NCBI GenBank assembly: GCA_040954595.2
Contig: CM082597.2
Location: 10,075,778 to 10,139,777, forward strand
Origin: Balanoglossus misakiensis
Lineage: Eukaryota; Animalia; Hemichordata
Length of the DNA stretch: 64,000 nt
Direction of reading: 5' to 3'
The position numbers and the translations under genes were made by a program. Shown in pieces: positions 13,723 to 26,278 of this stretch. Numbering within the stretch: the stretch's first letter is position 1; every line of letters starts with the position of its first letter. The notes below the pieces were generated by a model. The model was not told the origin of the DNA and did no database searches. It worked only from the letters and a program-made list of their open reading frames with translations.

Positions 13723-14088
13723 TTATACTCTGTACAAAGTACCATACGTTTTTGTATCAACACCCTTGAAAGCCAAATTGTCATATTTAAACATATTTAG
13801 TGGTTCATGGTGGCCACTACGGAAGATCAATACATCATCACGATTAGTGTCGTCATAATTGTTGTACGCTGACGAGGATGATGGTAGTTCTTTCATAAGA
13901 TTGCAACAACAGCATGTCATTGCAATCACCAACGATGCAATGGAGATAGAAATCAGGATGTATCCTGTGATCGTGAGAAATTGATCATTGAAAGCCAGCA
14001 TCACCAAACTAACTAATAGCAATATAACACTGATTAGGATGCCAAGCCAGAAAAGTAAACCTGCGCCGTTCTGTGCAATTCTTTCCAT
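13723..14088 (-). CDS. Putative small two-TM membrane protein (121 aa, orphan)
   Basis: ATG-initiated ORF with two hydrophobic segments (LLFWLGILISVILLLVSLVMLAF; FLTITGYILISISIASLVIAM), CCCC cluster and polar Tyr-containing tail; lies in non-repetitive DNA. Confidence 0.6.
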   Translation of the reverse strand: MERIAQNGAGLLFWLGILISVILLLVSLVMLAFNDQFLTITGYILISISIASLVIAMTCCCCNLMKELPSSSSAYNNYDDTNRDDVLIFRSGHHEPLNMFKYDNLAFKGVDTKTYGTLYRV

Positions 14089-14558
14089 ATTTGTGATAGA
14101 AAAACATGAGTTTGTTCCTCCAGAATTTGTAGTCCTTCAAATAGCAGCGATACACAAAACTTCAACTGACCTCGGATGTCACGTCGCGTCACAGTCCTTA
14201 TTGTCACAATGTAAATTCGATATTTGGAATGGTGAATGTCTTCTGTATAAGGTCATAGTTAATCACATGACATCAGTATATGACTGTATATCCACATGTT
14301 TGACACATTTGTTGATTATCATCCTATAGCATGTCACTGCCACCATATTTCTGGTTAGAACATCACATATTGGTGGGGTAACTTTATTCTTGGTCTTTTG
14401 CACATGCTTTACGCAGTCAATGTGCTCGGCTGACTATATCCAATGGAGTCACTATGTTGGAGGCCACTCTGGCCTAGTAGAAAACCAAAAAATGGTAAAT
14501 TAGCTGTGAACACGAGTCATAGATTTTTTAATATATAGAGTGAATTTTTACTGCTTAA

Positions 14559-14971
14559 GGATGTACGTTCAGTAAAATTGAAAGTATTGTCATTTTTTTT
14601 AATTGTGGATTTTTGGATTCTCCTTTGTATGTATAATGAAAATCCGTAATAAAATATAGGGGTCACCGCGCTTGTTTTTGAAATACAGAGCCTTGAATTT
14701 AGTCGATAATAGAAGAAAACTGCTGACTCAGCATTTTTCACCAATGGTTTGTCTATGGGCAACATTTTTGACGCAATTTATCTCAAAATAGAGCGCGGTG
14801 ACCCCTATATTTTATTTGACCAATGAATTTATATTTGCTGGACTGAGCTATGTGTAAAATTTTGTGAAAATGACAATAGTAGAAGTTTGTTTTCTAGCAA
14901 TTTTCAATGTAATCCTATGGGAAAAAGACCGGGCGCGCACTGTTTCCGGTTTATGTTCTGCGCGTACATCC
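14559..14971. mobile_element. Kolobok-like MITE (TTAA TSD)
   Basis: TTAA|GGATGTACG ... CGTACATCC|TTAA; internal inverted pair aataaaatataggggtcaccgcgct / agcgcggtgacccctatattttatt. Confidence 0.8.
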
Positions 14972-15944
14972 TTAAGGGGCAACATCAAAAGTTCAATTTA
15001 ATAAATCTAACTTAATTGCTTAGTTAGGCCTCAGACTCCCCCCCCCCCCATTCCAACTTAACTGACCTAAAATTGAAAAAAGCATTTCTGACTCATATAC
15101 CCTATAGTAATTCTTTAAGACAACGTGTCAATATACCCTTGAATTAAATAAAAACAGAAAAACATTAATTGATAAAAATACTTTTATTGCAACCCAACAG
15201 AACACAACAACAATAAATTTGTACATAAAGTCAGACTATAGCAGACTCTACACAGTTGCTGTGCCTTGATTCAGTGATTGTAAATTTATTGTTGATTGGC
15301 GGATGCCTGGAGTTCTGTAAAGTTCCTGGGTCAGGCAATCACAATTCGAACATATATATGTTCTCCGCACACAATGTTTTTTTTTGAGAAATACATTTTA
15401 AGGGGGTGAAAATTTCGAGTGGATCAAGTTCTAAATCTGATGAAGGAAACTCTGAATCAATCGCAGTCGGCTCTCTAGTATTAACACATCCTGTCATGAT
15501 TGATCAAAAAGATCAAAACAATGCTGGCACTTATAGAAAGGTACCTTCTGCATCTGAAATGGGAGACATTTTTCGACTACGCTCACCTGACCCATGATCA
15601 CCAACAACACTTTCATCGAGAGAATTCTGCTTAACCGAAAATATATTTATTTCAAATTACCAGTAGATTGTTTCAGCTCGACCTCCTAGGACATAAACTC
15701 AACTAACGATCATCCGACATTTTTGAACTTGGCATGCCGCAATTTCGTTTCGCTCTCGTGTAATCTACATCAGCACGGGATTTTCCCGGATGCATTTCGA
15801 TATTTAACTCCCAAATCTTGTGAAAGTCATTCGTGGGGCATTTATACATTGTGTGAGGAGAACATACACAAGAAATTTATCCCGAGCTCACCATATGTGC
15901 CTTACTCAGTCACTGTCTAAACCCGGCGATCTCAACGCACACAC

Positions 15945-16054
15945 GGTCACCAATCTGATTAAAATCAGATGTAGGGAACAGCGACTTGGTTTTTTTATGC
16001 TGTCGCCTCACACTACCAAGTCGCCGTTCCCTACATCTGATTTTAATCAGATTG
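15945..16054. mobile_element. 110-bp hairpin insertion with 9-bp flanking direct repeat
   Basis: 40-bp arms 15951-15990 / 16015-16054 (1 mismatch); CGCACACAC at 15936-15944 and 16055-16063. Confidence 0.65.
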
Positions 16055-17350
16055 CGCACACACCAGAAACCACCTCGTCCAAGACCCCATTTTGTATCGC
16101 ATATCTCCAATCTCGTACGCTGGCCCGGGTGGCCGATCGATGTTAGCGTACATGGCATAAAAAGTTATTTTGAAGATCTACATTCGCCAAAAAGACCTTA
16201 AATCGTTTTTGACTGCACAGAAATTAATTTGGCCAAACCCCCCCCCCCCCCACCCCCTTGAACATATTGTCTTGTATCTTTACCATTAGGACTGCAGTGT
16301 AAACTAGTAAAATCATCATACTACATTACAGTGTATGCTGCAGCGTACTCTTCATTATATAATTCTAGCTGTGGTATAGGTAACGCAGCTGTACCTGGGG
16401 GGGGGGGGTTGATTACCCCCCCCCCCCCCCCCGTATCATTCATACACTATACCAGTAGTCACTACCACATGCACAGTACCAACTCACCTATATCAGTAAT
16501 ATACCAAGCCAGATTTGTCCTCAAATGTTTTCAGGTAGAAGTAAATGTCTCCACGTGGGGTCAACTAATGTATTACCACCATTGAACCCCTCAAGAAAGC
16601 TGATCAAATACCAACAAACCCGATCCGTATAATGCCGATCGATGCTTGCTTCAGGCAAAGCGATGATGACCTTACACGAACCCAAAAATAGGTCTCCCTA
16701 TGTTCGTGTTTATTTTTATAGGCGCGTGTCAATAGCCAGTGCGTAGGGGGCCGGCTATTGACACGCGGGGACTTTATTCTCAAATTATTGCCGATTTTTG
16801 AAAACCAAAGCACATTTCACATAGTCCATTAAATGATTCGTCTTTTCTTCCCCGAAAATGAGATGAAACGAAGTGCAAAATTCCGAAAGTCAAAGCGTAT
16901 GTCATAGTTCTTCTACCCGTTCTACGCGTGTAGTACCATGGTAGTACGTATCAAATACTTCCGTGCTTTATAGTAGATGTTCCAAATTTAATGGACTTGC
17001 CAGGTTGTCATTATTCTATACATATCTCAATGTTTGTAGCAACAATCTGAGGTAAACGCAATGTGAAAAGGCGATGAGTAAAATCCACATTTTACCGTAA
17101 TACGTTTAATATACCTATTTATCACTAGGATCTGGGACTGGGCCTGGGGGTGTACATGATTTTCGTCACTCATACTTGCATATTGTCTTTGAAAAAGACT
17201 GCTTCAAACTTCTCATCGTAAAACTAGCCGGTGACAACTAACAGTGTCACGATTGAGTTTTAACGATCATAGATCTTGTTTATGATTAAGTAAGAAGTCA
17301 TTCACGTGTATGATTTTAGTCCAGTATTGACATGACATAGGTACTTGACC

Positions 17351-17684
17351 CATAGGGAACTGAGTAATTTTGTTATTGTTATTATTGTTGTTGTTATTGT
17401 TGTTGTTAAGATTGGTAATAAAATTTAAAAAAAAATCAATGTTCATTTCTTGCTATGTTTGTCGATGTTGTAGATAACTGTAAAAAAAACCCAACCATAA
17501 TCGTGGAAAACACGACCTAGGTCGCCGAATGTCACTACCGTCTTACATACAGGCAGTGACATTCGGCGACCTAGGTCGTGTTTTCCACGATTATGGTTGT
17601 TTTTTTTTTTACAGTTATCTACAACATCGACAAACATAGCAAGAAATGAACATTGATTTTTTTTAAAATTTTATTACCAATCTT

Positions 17685-17729
<45 letters not shown>

Positions 17730-17774
17730 AACAACAACAACAACAACAATAACAAAATTACTCAGTTCCCTATG
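17351..17774. mobile_element. Foldback MITE with CATAG termini and 7-bp TSD (P/Galileo-like)
   Basis: CATAGGGAACTGAG ... CTCAGTTCCCTATG; almost entirely palindromic; CTTGACC at 17344-17350 and 17775-17781. Confidence 0.8.
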
Positions 17775-18222
17775 CTTGACCCAGAGTAAACAAGATTGTG
17801 TAATTGATACATGTCAGAAGGAGATAGAGATATCACGCGCTAAGTTCGTGTTTAAGAAATATTAAGATGACGTGTTCCTTTTATGACTTAATACTTGACT
17901 AACGTATTAATAAGGTGTGGTGAAATTTGAGATCACACTATTATAACGGGAGATCCGTGATGGGAGTCAACGAGCATGGATCGAGTCGTGTAATTCTTAC
18001 GTGTGACCAGTAATAAACCAGAACTTTGTGTTACTCGGAAAACTTGTTGTAAGTCTCTGTCTACGAAAGGTTTACGATCTGCCGGGTACCTCTCACGGAC
18101 TTTATGAATATGTTGGTTGGAGAAGGAGATGGAGAGAAGTTACGCCGTCGCCCTTCGGACGTGGCTGATTCCCCACAGAAGCGTCCGAAGGAGGTGAGCG
18201 TCCGAAGGACGGCGGGCGGGCG

Positions 18223-21200
18223 TAATAACAACAGGCAATAACCCGGGTATGCTTTGGCACCTACCTGCACTGCGATTGTGTTTGTGACTGTACGTGAGAC
18301 ATAATATTACTAGGTTGGATTTTTAATTGCTTGAAACCAAACTTCACCTGTTGCCGTGGAAATTCGTGGCAAAAAGAAAAACCATGAAGGAATCATACGA
18401 GCGTTACGCCACTTGACTGTACAGCAAAAGGGAAATTTGTATGGCTTCTCAGATTTGAATCTTGTGATTATAAATTTGTCGGCTATCAAAGACCTGATTA
18501 GCTGATAATCTTTGAACTCGCCAGCGGTCATCTTGGGTGACCGGGCGATCTTTGAGGATTGATAATCAAGTATCAATTCTTAGAGAGAAACTTGATTCAA
18601 CATCTCTGCGAAAAGCTAGCACTAGAATGAATTTTGCAAACGAGGCATCACTGTTATTTTCGTTGCTTCAACCAGGAAAAATCTGGCATGAAAAACACGT
18701 CATTGCACTGGACCCTGCAAGGCATGCATTTGGGGACTAAGTAAGTTGTCACACCACGGTTCAAGTTGTAACGTATTTCCCAACAAGCAATGAATTCGTT
18801 CATCATGAAAAAATCTCTCAATTCAAACGAAATAGTTTACAGTATGTCCGCGCTGTTGAGGTCAGCGTCGCGGTGAGTGTGTCCCTCTGTGTGCAGCGGC
18901 CGTAGTGCATGAACAGTAAAACAATCGTAGCGAGGTTGCTCAGAAATATTTCAGAAATTTGCACTTCCGTTCATCTACATTTTCGACGGAAAAGATAAGT
19001 CCTCCGATGGAAAATGTGCATTGCTTTATAAAAGTCGGCAGTATTAAACATGAAGGGAAATTCCCGTGTCACGGTCCTTTCCCTTTAGCGTAGCGCAGCC
19101 AGCGGTGGGATTGGGGCAGGGAACCAGAGACTAGACTCTAAGCAGTCGCTGTGCCTATGGAACTTTCGGAACTGCGTCAGCGCATGGAGGTACTCTCTAG
19201 TACTATACCTCCATGGTCAGCGTACGTGGACGCGCCGCCAGGCATAGCGACTGTACGTTTCTGCACACATATATTTGATATGAATATTCATAAGCGGCGT
19301 TAATTTGCATATAGAACATTTAGAAGCGCACACAAGCTCGCGATAACGCCCAAAAACATGAAAAATGCGTATTCTGTACGTGGTATGTACGCGTATAGAA
19401 CTCATGTTGACGCGACGCTAATTTGATTGACAGACATATGAGGTTCGAATGTTCTCCGCTACTTACCAAAATCTGGTAAAACCACTTGAGGGCGTTTACA
19501 GAATCGGCAAGACTGTGTGATTAGCGTCGCGCATTTCTTTTTCAGTATCACACAGTCTTGGAGCTTGCCTTGACCCCAGGATCGAAGTAAACATCAAAAT
19601 TATCCAAACGATCGGCAAATAGAACAAATGGAGTCAAAATAAGAAATTAAATCAATTATTTAGACTATCCCATGTAAATTATTTTACCTATATCGCTTTC
19701 GCTTCTTTTAGATCACATCGAAATTCACGATAATTTTGAAATCTTCCTGAGGTCACGAAGCTGAGTCTGAGGTCACGAAGCTGAGGATGAGGATGAGGCC
19801 AACTTCACGCTCGTACCATAGAGTACAAGGCGGCTCGGCGTATCTAATAGAGAGGTTTAGTTACACGTAAATACGCGTACGTCTGACGGCAGGCAGTGGC
19901 GTTCGCGTATGCGTAGCGACGCGTGAATTTTGCGGTTTAGTTGTCCGTTTTGAATAACAAAAATATTTAAAAACAATAGAAAATTCAGATATTTTTCACT
20001 TCAACAAATTTTGTGTGTGATGAATATTCTCTAAGATCACCACCCTTGCAATAAGTTTCTTGACTGCAGTGGAAAGATAGTTTAGTGAAGTTTTTTCGAT
20101 GTCTTTGTCGAGGCGTCCACTGAAAACGTAGTTTGGGAATACATTTTTGTGTTTATGTTTTGAAAACACCAAATAGCGCCGGTTTTAGCACATATGGCAG
20201 ATTTTTTTAGATAACATGGATGCTGGCTACATCACAATTGCACTGCAGAGATCAGTCGCTCAAATTAAAGAGAGAATATCGAGAAATTCCGAAAAAATGT
20301 TACACGTAATCATGATTACGCGTAGAAGCGTCGCTTGCCGTTCCGAACGTCTGTTCTACGCGTACGCGACCTCTGCTTATCACGTGACAATGACGCTACG
20401 CGTACTGATCGAACGTATTTACGTGTAACTAAACCTCTCTAATAACAACAGGCAATAACCCGGGTATGCTTTGGCACCTACCTGCACTGCGATTGTGTTT
20501 GTGACTGTACGTGAGACATAATATTACTAGGTTGGATTTTTAATTGCTTGAAACCAAACTTCACCTGTTGCCGTGGAAATTCGTGGCAAAAAGAAAAACC
20601 ATGAAGGAATCATACGAGCGTTACGCCACTTGACTGTACAGCAAAAGGGAAATTTGTATGGCTTCTCAGATTTGAATCTTGTGATTATAAATTTGTCGGC
20701 TATCAAAGACCTGATTAGCTGATAATCTTTGAACTCGCCAGCGGTCATCTTGGGTGACCGGGCGATCTTTGAGGATTGATAATCAAGTATCAATTCTTAG
20801 AGAGAAACTTGATTCAACATCTCTGCGAAAAGCTAGCACTAGAATGAATTTTGCAAACGAGGCATCACTGTTATTTTCGTTGCTTCAACCAGGAAAAATC
20901 TGGCATGAAAAACACGTCATTGCACTGGACCCTGCAAGGCATGCATTTGGGGACTAAGTAAGTTGTCACACCACGGTTCAAGTTGTAACGTATTTCCCAA
21001 CAAGCAATGAATTCGTTCATCATGAAAAAATCTCTCAATTCAAACGAAATAGTTTACAGTATGTCCGCGCTGTTGAGGTCAGCGTCGCGGTGAGTGTGTC
21101 CCTCTGTGTGCAGCGGCCGTAGTGCATGAACAGTAAAACAATCGTAGCGAGGTTGCTCAGAAATATTTCAGAAATTTGCACTTCCGTTCATCTACATTTT

Positions 21201-22658
21201 CGACGGAAAAGATAAGTCCTCCGATGGAAAATGTGCATTGCTTTATAAAAGTCGGCAGTATTAAACATGAAGGGAAATTCCCGTGTCACGGTCCTTTCCC
21301 TTTAGCGTAGCGCAGCCAGCGGTGGGATTGGGGCAGGGAACCAGAGACTAGACTCTAAGCAGTCGCTGTGCCTATGGAACTTTCGGAACTGCGTCAGCGC
21401 ATGGAGGTACTCTCTAGTACTATACCTCCATGGTCAGCGTACGTGGACGCGCCGCCAGGCATAGCGACTGTACGTTTCTGCACACATATATTTGATATGA
21501 ATATTCATAAGCGGCGTTAATTTGCATATAGAACATTTAGAAGCGCACACAAGCTCGCGATAACGCCCAAAAACATGAAAAATGCGTATTCTGTACGTGG
21601 TATGTACGCGTATAGAACTCATGTTGACGCGACGCTAATTTGATTGACAGACATATGAGGTTCGAATGTTCTCCGCTACTTACCAAAATCTGGTAAAACC
21701 ACTTGAGGGCGTTTACAGAATCGGCAAGACTGTGTGATTAGCGTCGCGCATTTCTTTTTCAGTATCACACAGTCTTGGAGCTTGCCTTGACCCCAGGATC
21801 GAAGTAAACATCAAAATTATCCAAACGATCGGCAAATAGAACAAATGGAGTCAAAATAAGAAATTAAATCAATTATTTAGACTATCCCATGTAAATTATT
21901 TTACCTATATCGCTTTCGCTTCTTTTAGATCACATCGAAATTCACGATAATTTTGAAATCTTCCTGAGGTCACGAAGCTGAGTCTGAGGTCACGAAGCTG
22001 AGGATGAGGATGAGGCCAACTTCACGCTCGTACCATAGAGTACAAGGCGGCTCGGCGTATCTAATAGAGAGGTTTAGTTACACGTAAATACGCGTACGTC
22101 TGACGGCAGGCAGTGGCGTTCGCGTATGCGTAGCGACGCGTGAATTTTGCGGTTTAGTTGTCCGTTTTGAATAACAAAAATATTTAAAAACAATAGAAAA
22201 TTCAGATATTTTTCACTTCAACAAATTTTGTGTGTGATGAATATTCTCTAAGATCACCACCCTTGCAATAAGTTTCTTGACTGCAGTGGAAAGATAGTTT
22301 AGTGAAGTTTTTTCGATGTCTTTGTCGAGGCGTCCACTGAAAACGTAGTTTGGGAATACATTTTTGTGTTTATGTTTTGAAAACACCAAATAGCGCCGGT
22401 TTTAGCACATATGGCAGATTTTTTTAGATAACATGGATGCTGGCTACATCACAATTGCACTGCAGAGATCAGTCGCTCAAATTAAAGAGAGAATATCGAG
22501 AAATTCCGAAAAAATGTTACACGTAATCATGATTACGCGTAGAAGCGTCGCTTGCCGTTCCGAACGTCTGTTCTACGCGTACGCGACCTCTGCTTATCAC
22601 GTGACAATGACGCTACGCGTACTGATCGAACGTATTTACGTGTAACTAAACCTCTCTA
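18223..22658. repeat. Tandem duplication with 2217-bp period (18223-20441 / 20440-22658)
   Basis: Identical ORF translations offset by exactly 2217 bp (18310/20527, 18537/20754, 19217/21434, 20216/22433); no differences noticed by eye. Confidence 0.95.
19849..20440. mobile_element. PIF/Harbinger-ISL2EU-like MITE, copy 1 (copy 2 at 22066-22657)
   Basis: AGAGAGGTTTAGTTACACGTAAATACG ... CGTATTTACGTGTAACTAAACCTCTCT, 27-bp perfect TIR; copy 2 flanked by AT/AT in ctaat|...|attag. Confidence 0.8.
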
Positions 22659-23099
22659 TTAGCTGATATGTACGTGTCCGTGTCTATTTTCGTTTTATAT
22701 GTATAGTCCGCGCAGCTGTACCTCAACTTTAGACATCTTGGATATTTGAATGTGCTCCGCGATCTGTTATTGCCCTCACCAGTGCATGCAGTGACTCTTT
22801 AGGAAATCCGCACAAAAAGAAGTTGGAATTGGGACGAGTATCCGGATCGATGAGTTCGCGTTTCGATTCAGCTCGGTTCCTACGTTTGATCACGTGGTTT
22901 GATATCAACCGCTAGAGTTTTACGATCGTTACGTTACGTTCACGATCTGGACTCCACTGAACCCGCTGTGGATTAAGGACACTTCACACACATTTTCTGG
23001 ACATTCATGAGGGTAAGTACGTGAATCCCTGAGTCACGAAAAAAGACAGATCGTTGACACACGCTGTATACAGTTGTTGGTTATGATGGCTCAAGTCAC

Positions 23100-23512
23100 T
23101 AGTCTGGTCCCCTGCCCCATCCCCGCCGCTGGCTGCGCTGCTCAAGGGAAGGGTCAGGTATGGGCCGCCATTTTGGTCAGGATCCTGACCAAAATGGCGG
23201 ACTGTCACATCACTTCAACTGTTCAGTGACGTCACATGATACACCAAAATGGCTGCGACCGTGAAAACAACACCAGTAAAAATCAACGCAAGTACATCTG
23301 TTGCTTGTGGGGAAGGTGAGCAGCGGTTAAAGAAAATTTAAGGCAACAATCGACTACAAATGTAGTCATTGTTTGTCGTCTGAAAACTTTATTGACCAAT
23401 CGCACGCTCGATATTAATGTCCAATCACAGCCATGCATTAAATGGCCTTTACCTGACCCCTTTCGTGAGTGTAGCGCTAGCAGCGGGAGAAAGGGGGCAG
23501 GGTACCAGACTA
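23100..23512. mobile_element. MITE with TAG termini and 9-bp TSD (AcademH- or MULE-like)
   Basis: TAGTCTGGTCCCCTGCCCC ... GGGGCAGGGTACCAGACTA; TCAAGTCAC at 23091-23099 and 23513-23521. Confidence 0.8.
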
Positions 23513-25747
23513 TCAAGTCACTAGCTCCATGAGTCTATATGAAGTGGGAAGCGTTAAAATGCGGGTTGCGGGCCGCGGGTTGTAAAATATGGTTGTGTTT
23601 TGATAATGAAAGAATAATAATGTTATATGTCAAAAGAAACGATCAAATGATTGCTTCCCAGAAGTTCAATTTACACAATTTGCGCCACAACTCCGGCAGC
23701 GGACTTTGACCCTCACACTCATATGTGTTCCAGCGGGTAGTACTCGCTGAAATACGTAAACAGTCCAGTGAGTTTTTCACGAAACGAGTTTTGGGACCAG
23801 AAATAATCAGCGTTCAGGCTTGTATTGGTCGTTTTATTGAATTACGCTCACTTTGCTTTCTGTTGCCGTTCAAATATTCCTACACAAGTCGGGTCGTTGC
23901 AACTACACGATTAGAATGGGGTTGGCCCGCAGCTAGCTCTGCGTACAGGTCTGTGTGTTCCCGGCGTTACACGGCCTCCACCACAGCCCTGCAAGGCGCC
24001 ATAGAAAAAACTGGTGCTTCTGCGGTCCGGATCCGGACCGCAGCTTTTTCGGTCGAAATTCGATTTCATCGAAGCAAAATCCTTTCCCTGTCTACTTCTG
24101 CCCCCTAACCGACTCCAAATATGATGCGATTCACTGGTCCTAACGTCCGAACTACTCGCGTTTGATTCATTTTTGTGTGTTTACATGTTGAGATCGTCAT
24201 ATTATTATAAGGCTTACAGCGAGTTTATCTCCATGGGTAAACAAAAAAGTTTTAGAAAGCGAGCATCAAGATAAGTCTTCGGCTTAACTTCGAAAAGCCG
24301 AAAAAAATCGACTGAGTTGGGTTAGGGGTACACGCCCACCCGCCACTTTTACTTGCTTGTTATCTAAGCACAAGGGGCAAAACGCATTGCAAGATAGTAA
24401 CATACATTAACTTCAAGACCCAAATAGTGATTTTACGCGTGGTTGTATAGGGCATGGCATGGGACCTTTAAGTGATGCAACCAGAAAATATTATTTTCCA
24501 GTTGTGTGCACAAGGCTTTGTAGTTGATTTGAGGATCTGTGCATGTGTACATTTAACTTCCACTAAACATGGACTTTTATCGGTTGCCAATATTACACGT
24601 ATACATTTATGACAGGACGAGTTTATAGTGTATAACTCTGAATGTAAAAATACAATCATATTTAATGAGGGGACTGCACACATCTATCTAGTCTAAACTT
24701 ATGTCGGTCCTGGGGCAGGGATAGCAAGCTGGTGAACCATTCAATCAATTAGAGTTTTGACAGACAAGTTGGAAGTTATACCTCAGCCATGCAGACATAC
24801 AAAACAGTTTAGCTCACTGACCATACATTCTGGGGAGACTGGTGCATGTATGAATTCTGATGAGATGTCAAAGTGTAAAATTTCACATCAAATTATTTTC
24901 GACTAATATTAAACCTAATTGTTTTTTAAAAGTTTGCTGTATGCACCTGTTGCCATTGTGGGTTCCTAACTTCCTGTGCATCAGTGTTTCATTCAGGATG
25001 GCATTATTAACAGGGGGATATGTCCCCCTTTGCCAGAATATTTTGGGAGGGATTCCACTCTGACAAAGGGGACTGTACAACATGTGAAATGACATCATTC
25101 TAAGGGACACTGGTCCCCCCTTGACAAATTGCTAGGGGGTGCCAACATGTCAACTGGGGGTGAATCCCCCATCCTCCCATGTCTTGTATCAAATATAATT
25201 AATGGAAAAAAGGGCAGCGAGAGAGAGACTTTGTCCCTTTAAACAATTAATACATGTATGCCATCCAGGGTTTAATTTAAATTTTTATAATGGATTGCTT
25301 GCTTCAAAATTTTGGTCTTATTCCAGAATTGTGACCCTTCTCTCTGAACGTTATAATGTATTCTCAGTGTAGTTAAATTGCCTAGGCTAACTTTACATTA
25401 GACATGTATGTATAAAGTATGTCATCATCTAAATAGTGTCAAACACTGAAGTCTGCATAGTAATGCAAATTGCCATGATTGGTATGTAAAGTATCCGGCA
25501 ATGACAAACTTATACCCCAAGTGTGAAGTTTTAAAAATCGTCAAAGAAAATGGACAAATTAAAAAAAATTCCCTTGAATAATGATCATACATGTTAGAAG
25601 ATCAAGCACCAAGCATATAAATCGTTTCCACAAATCAGTTTTGTTGGTCTAATGAAAACAGTCAGAAAGTAAATAGGAAAATGATATATGGATAGGCAGC
25701 TACATGTACATGTATGGAGTGTAATTCATGCCAAAATTAGCACCAAG

Positions 25748-25872
25748 CTTTTCGATGAGAGCACCCGCTTTTCGATGAGAGTACGTCAGCTTTTCGATGA
25801 GAGCACCCTCTTTTCGATGAGAGTACCTCAGCTTTTCGATTAGAGTATTCACTTTTCGATGAGAACACCCTC
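25748..25872. repeat. Minisatellite (20-22-bp units, core CTTTTCGATGAGAG), left part
   Basis: Six units precede the DIRS element; array resumes at 31244. Confidence 0.9.
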
Positions 25873-26278
25873 TTTCTCCTGCGCATCTATACTCACCTGT
25901 TAGGACCATACTATAGGCTAATGTTCTCTAGTAGCTGTCTACCCCGTCGAGAAAATCGACCCGTCCAACCCATGCCATGACCATGTGACACTGTCCTAGT
26001 TCAGTTTATGTTCTCGACGCCATCTTAGATGTCGTCTCGATTTTCGCTTAGCTGTTTCCCGTCTTTCTAGTGGGTATAATTCCCTTCTATTAACTCCTTT
26101 TGGGGTTTTCGAGGTAGGTTTGTACCATTTGCGGTGTGATCAGCCTTTCAAGTTGTTTACCCAGTGTGTGGGTCTTCCGAGATTTATTCTTGTCGTCAGC
26201 ATTAGATCGTGAGTCTTTACGACGCACATTGTTTATTATTGCCTAATAAAACTGAACAGACGCCGATAACTTGATCTC

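Noticed and set aside
17653-17865. Poly-Thr mucin-like ORF
   Set aside because: Translation of the (AAC)n tract inside a foldback MITE
18310-18740. Short ORFs in the duplicated segment as a duplicated gene
   Set aside because: No recognisable domain; multiple stops in all frames
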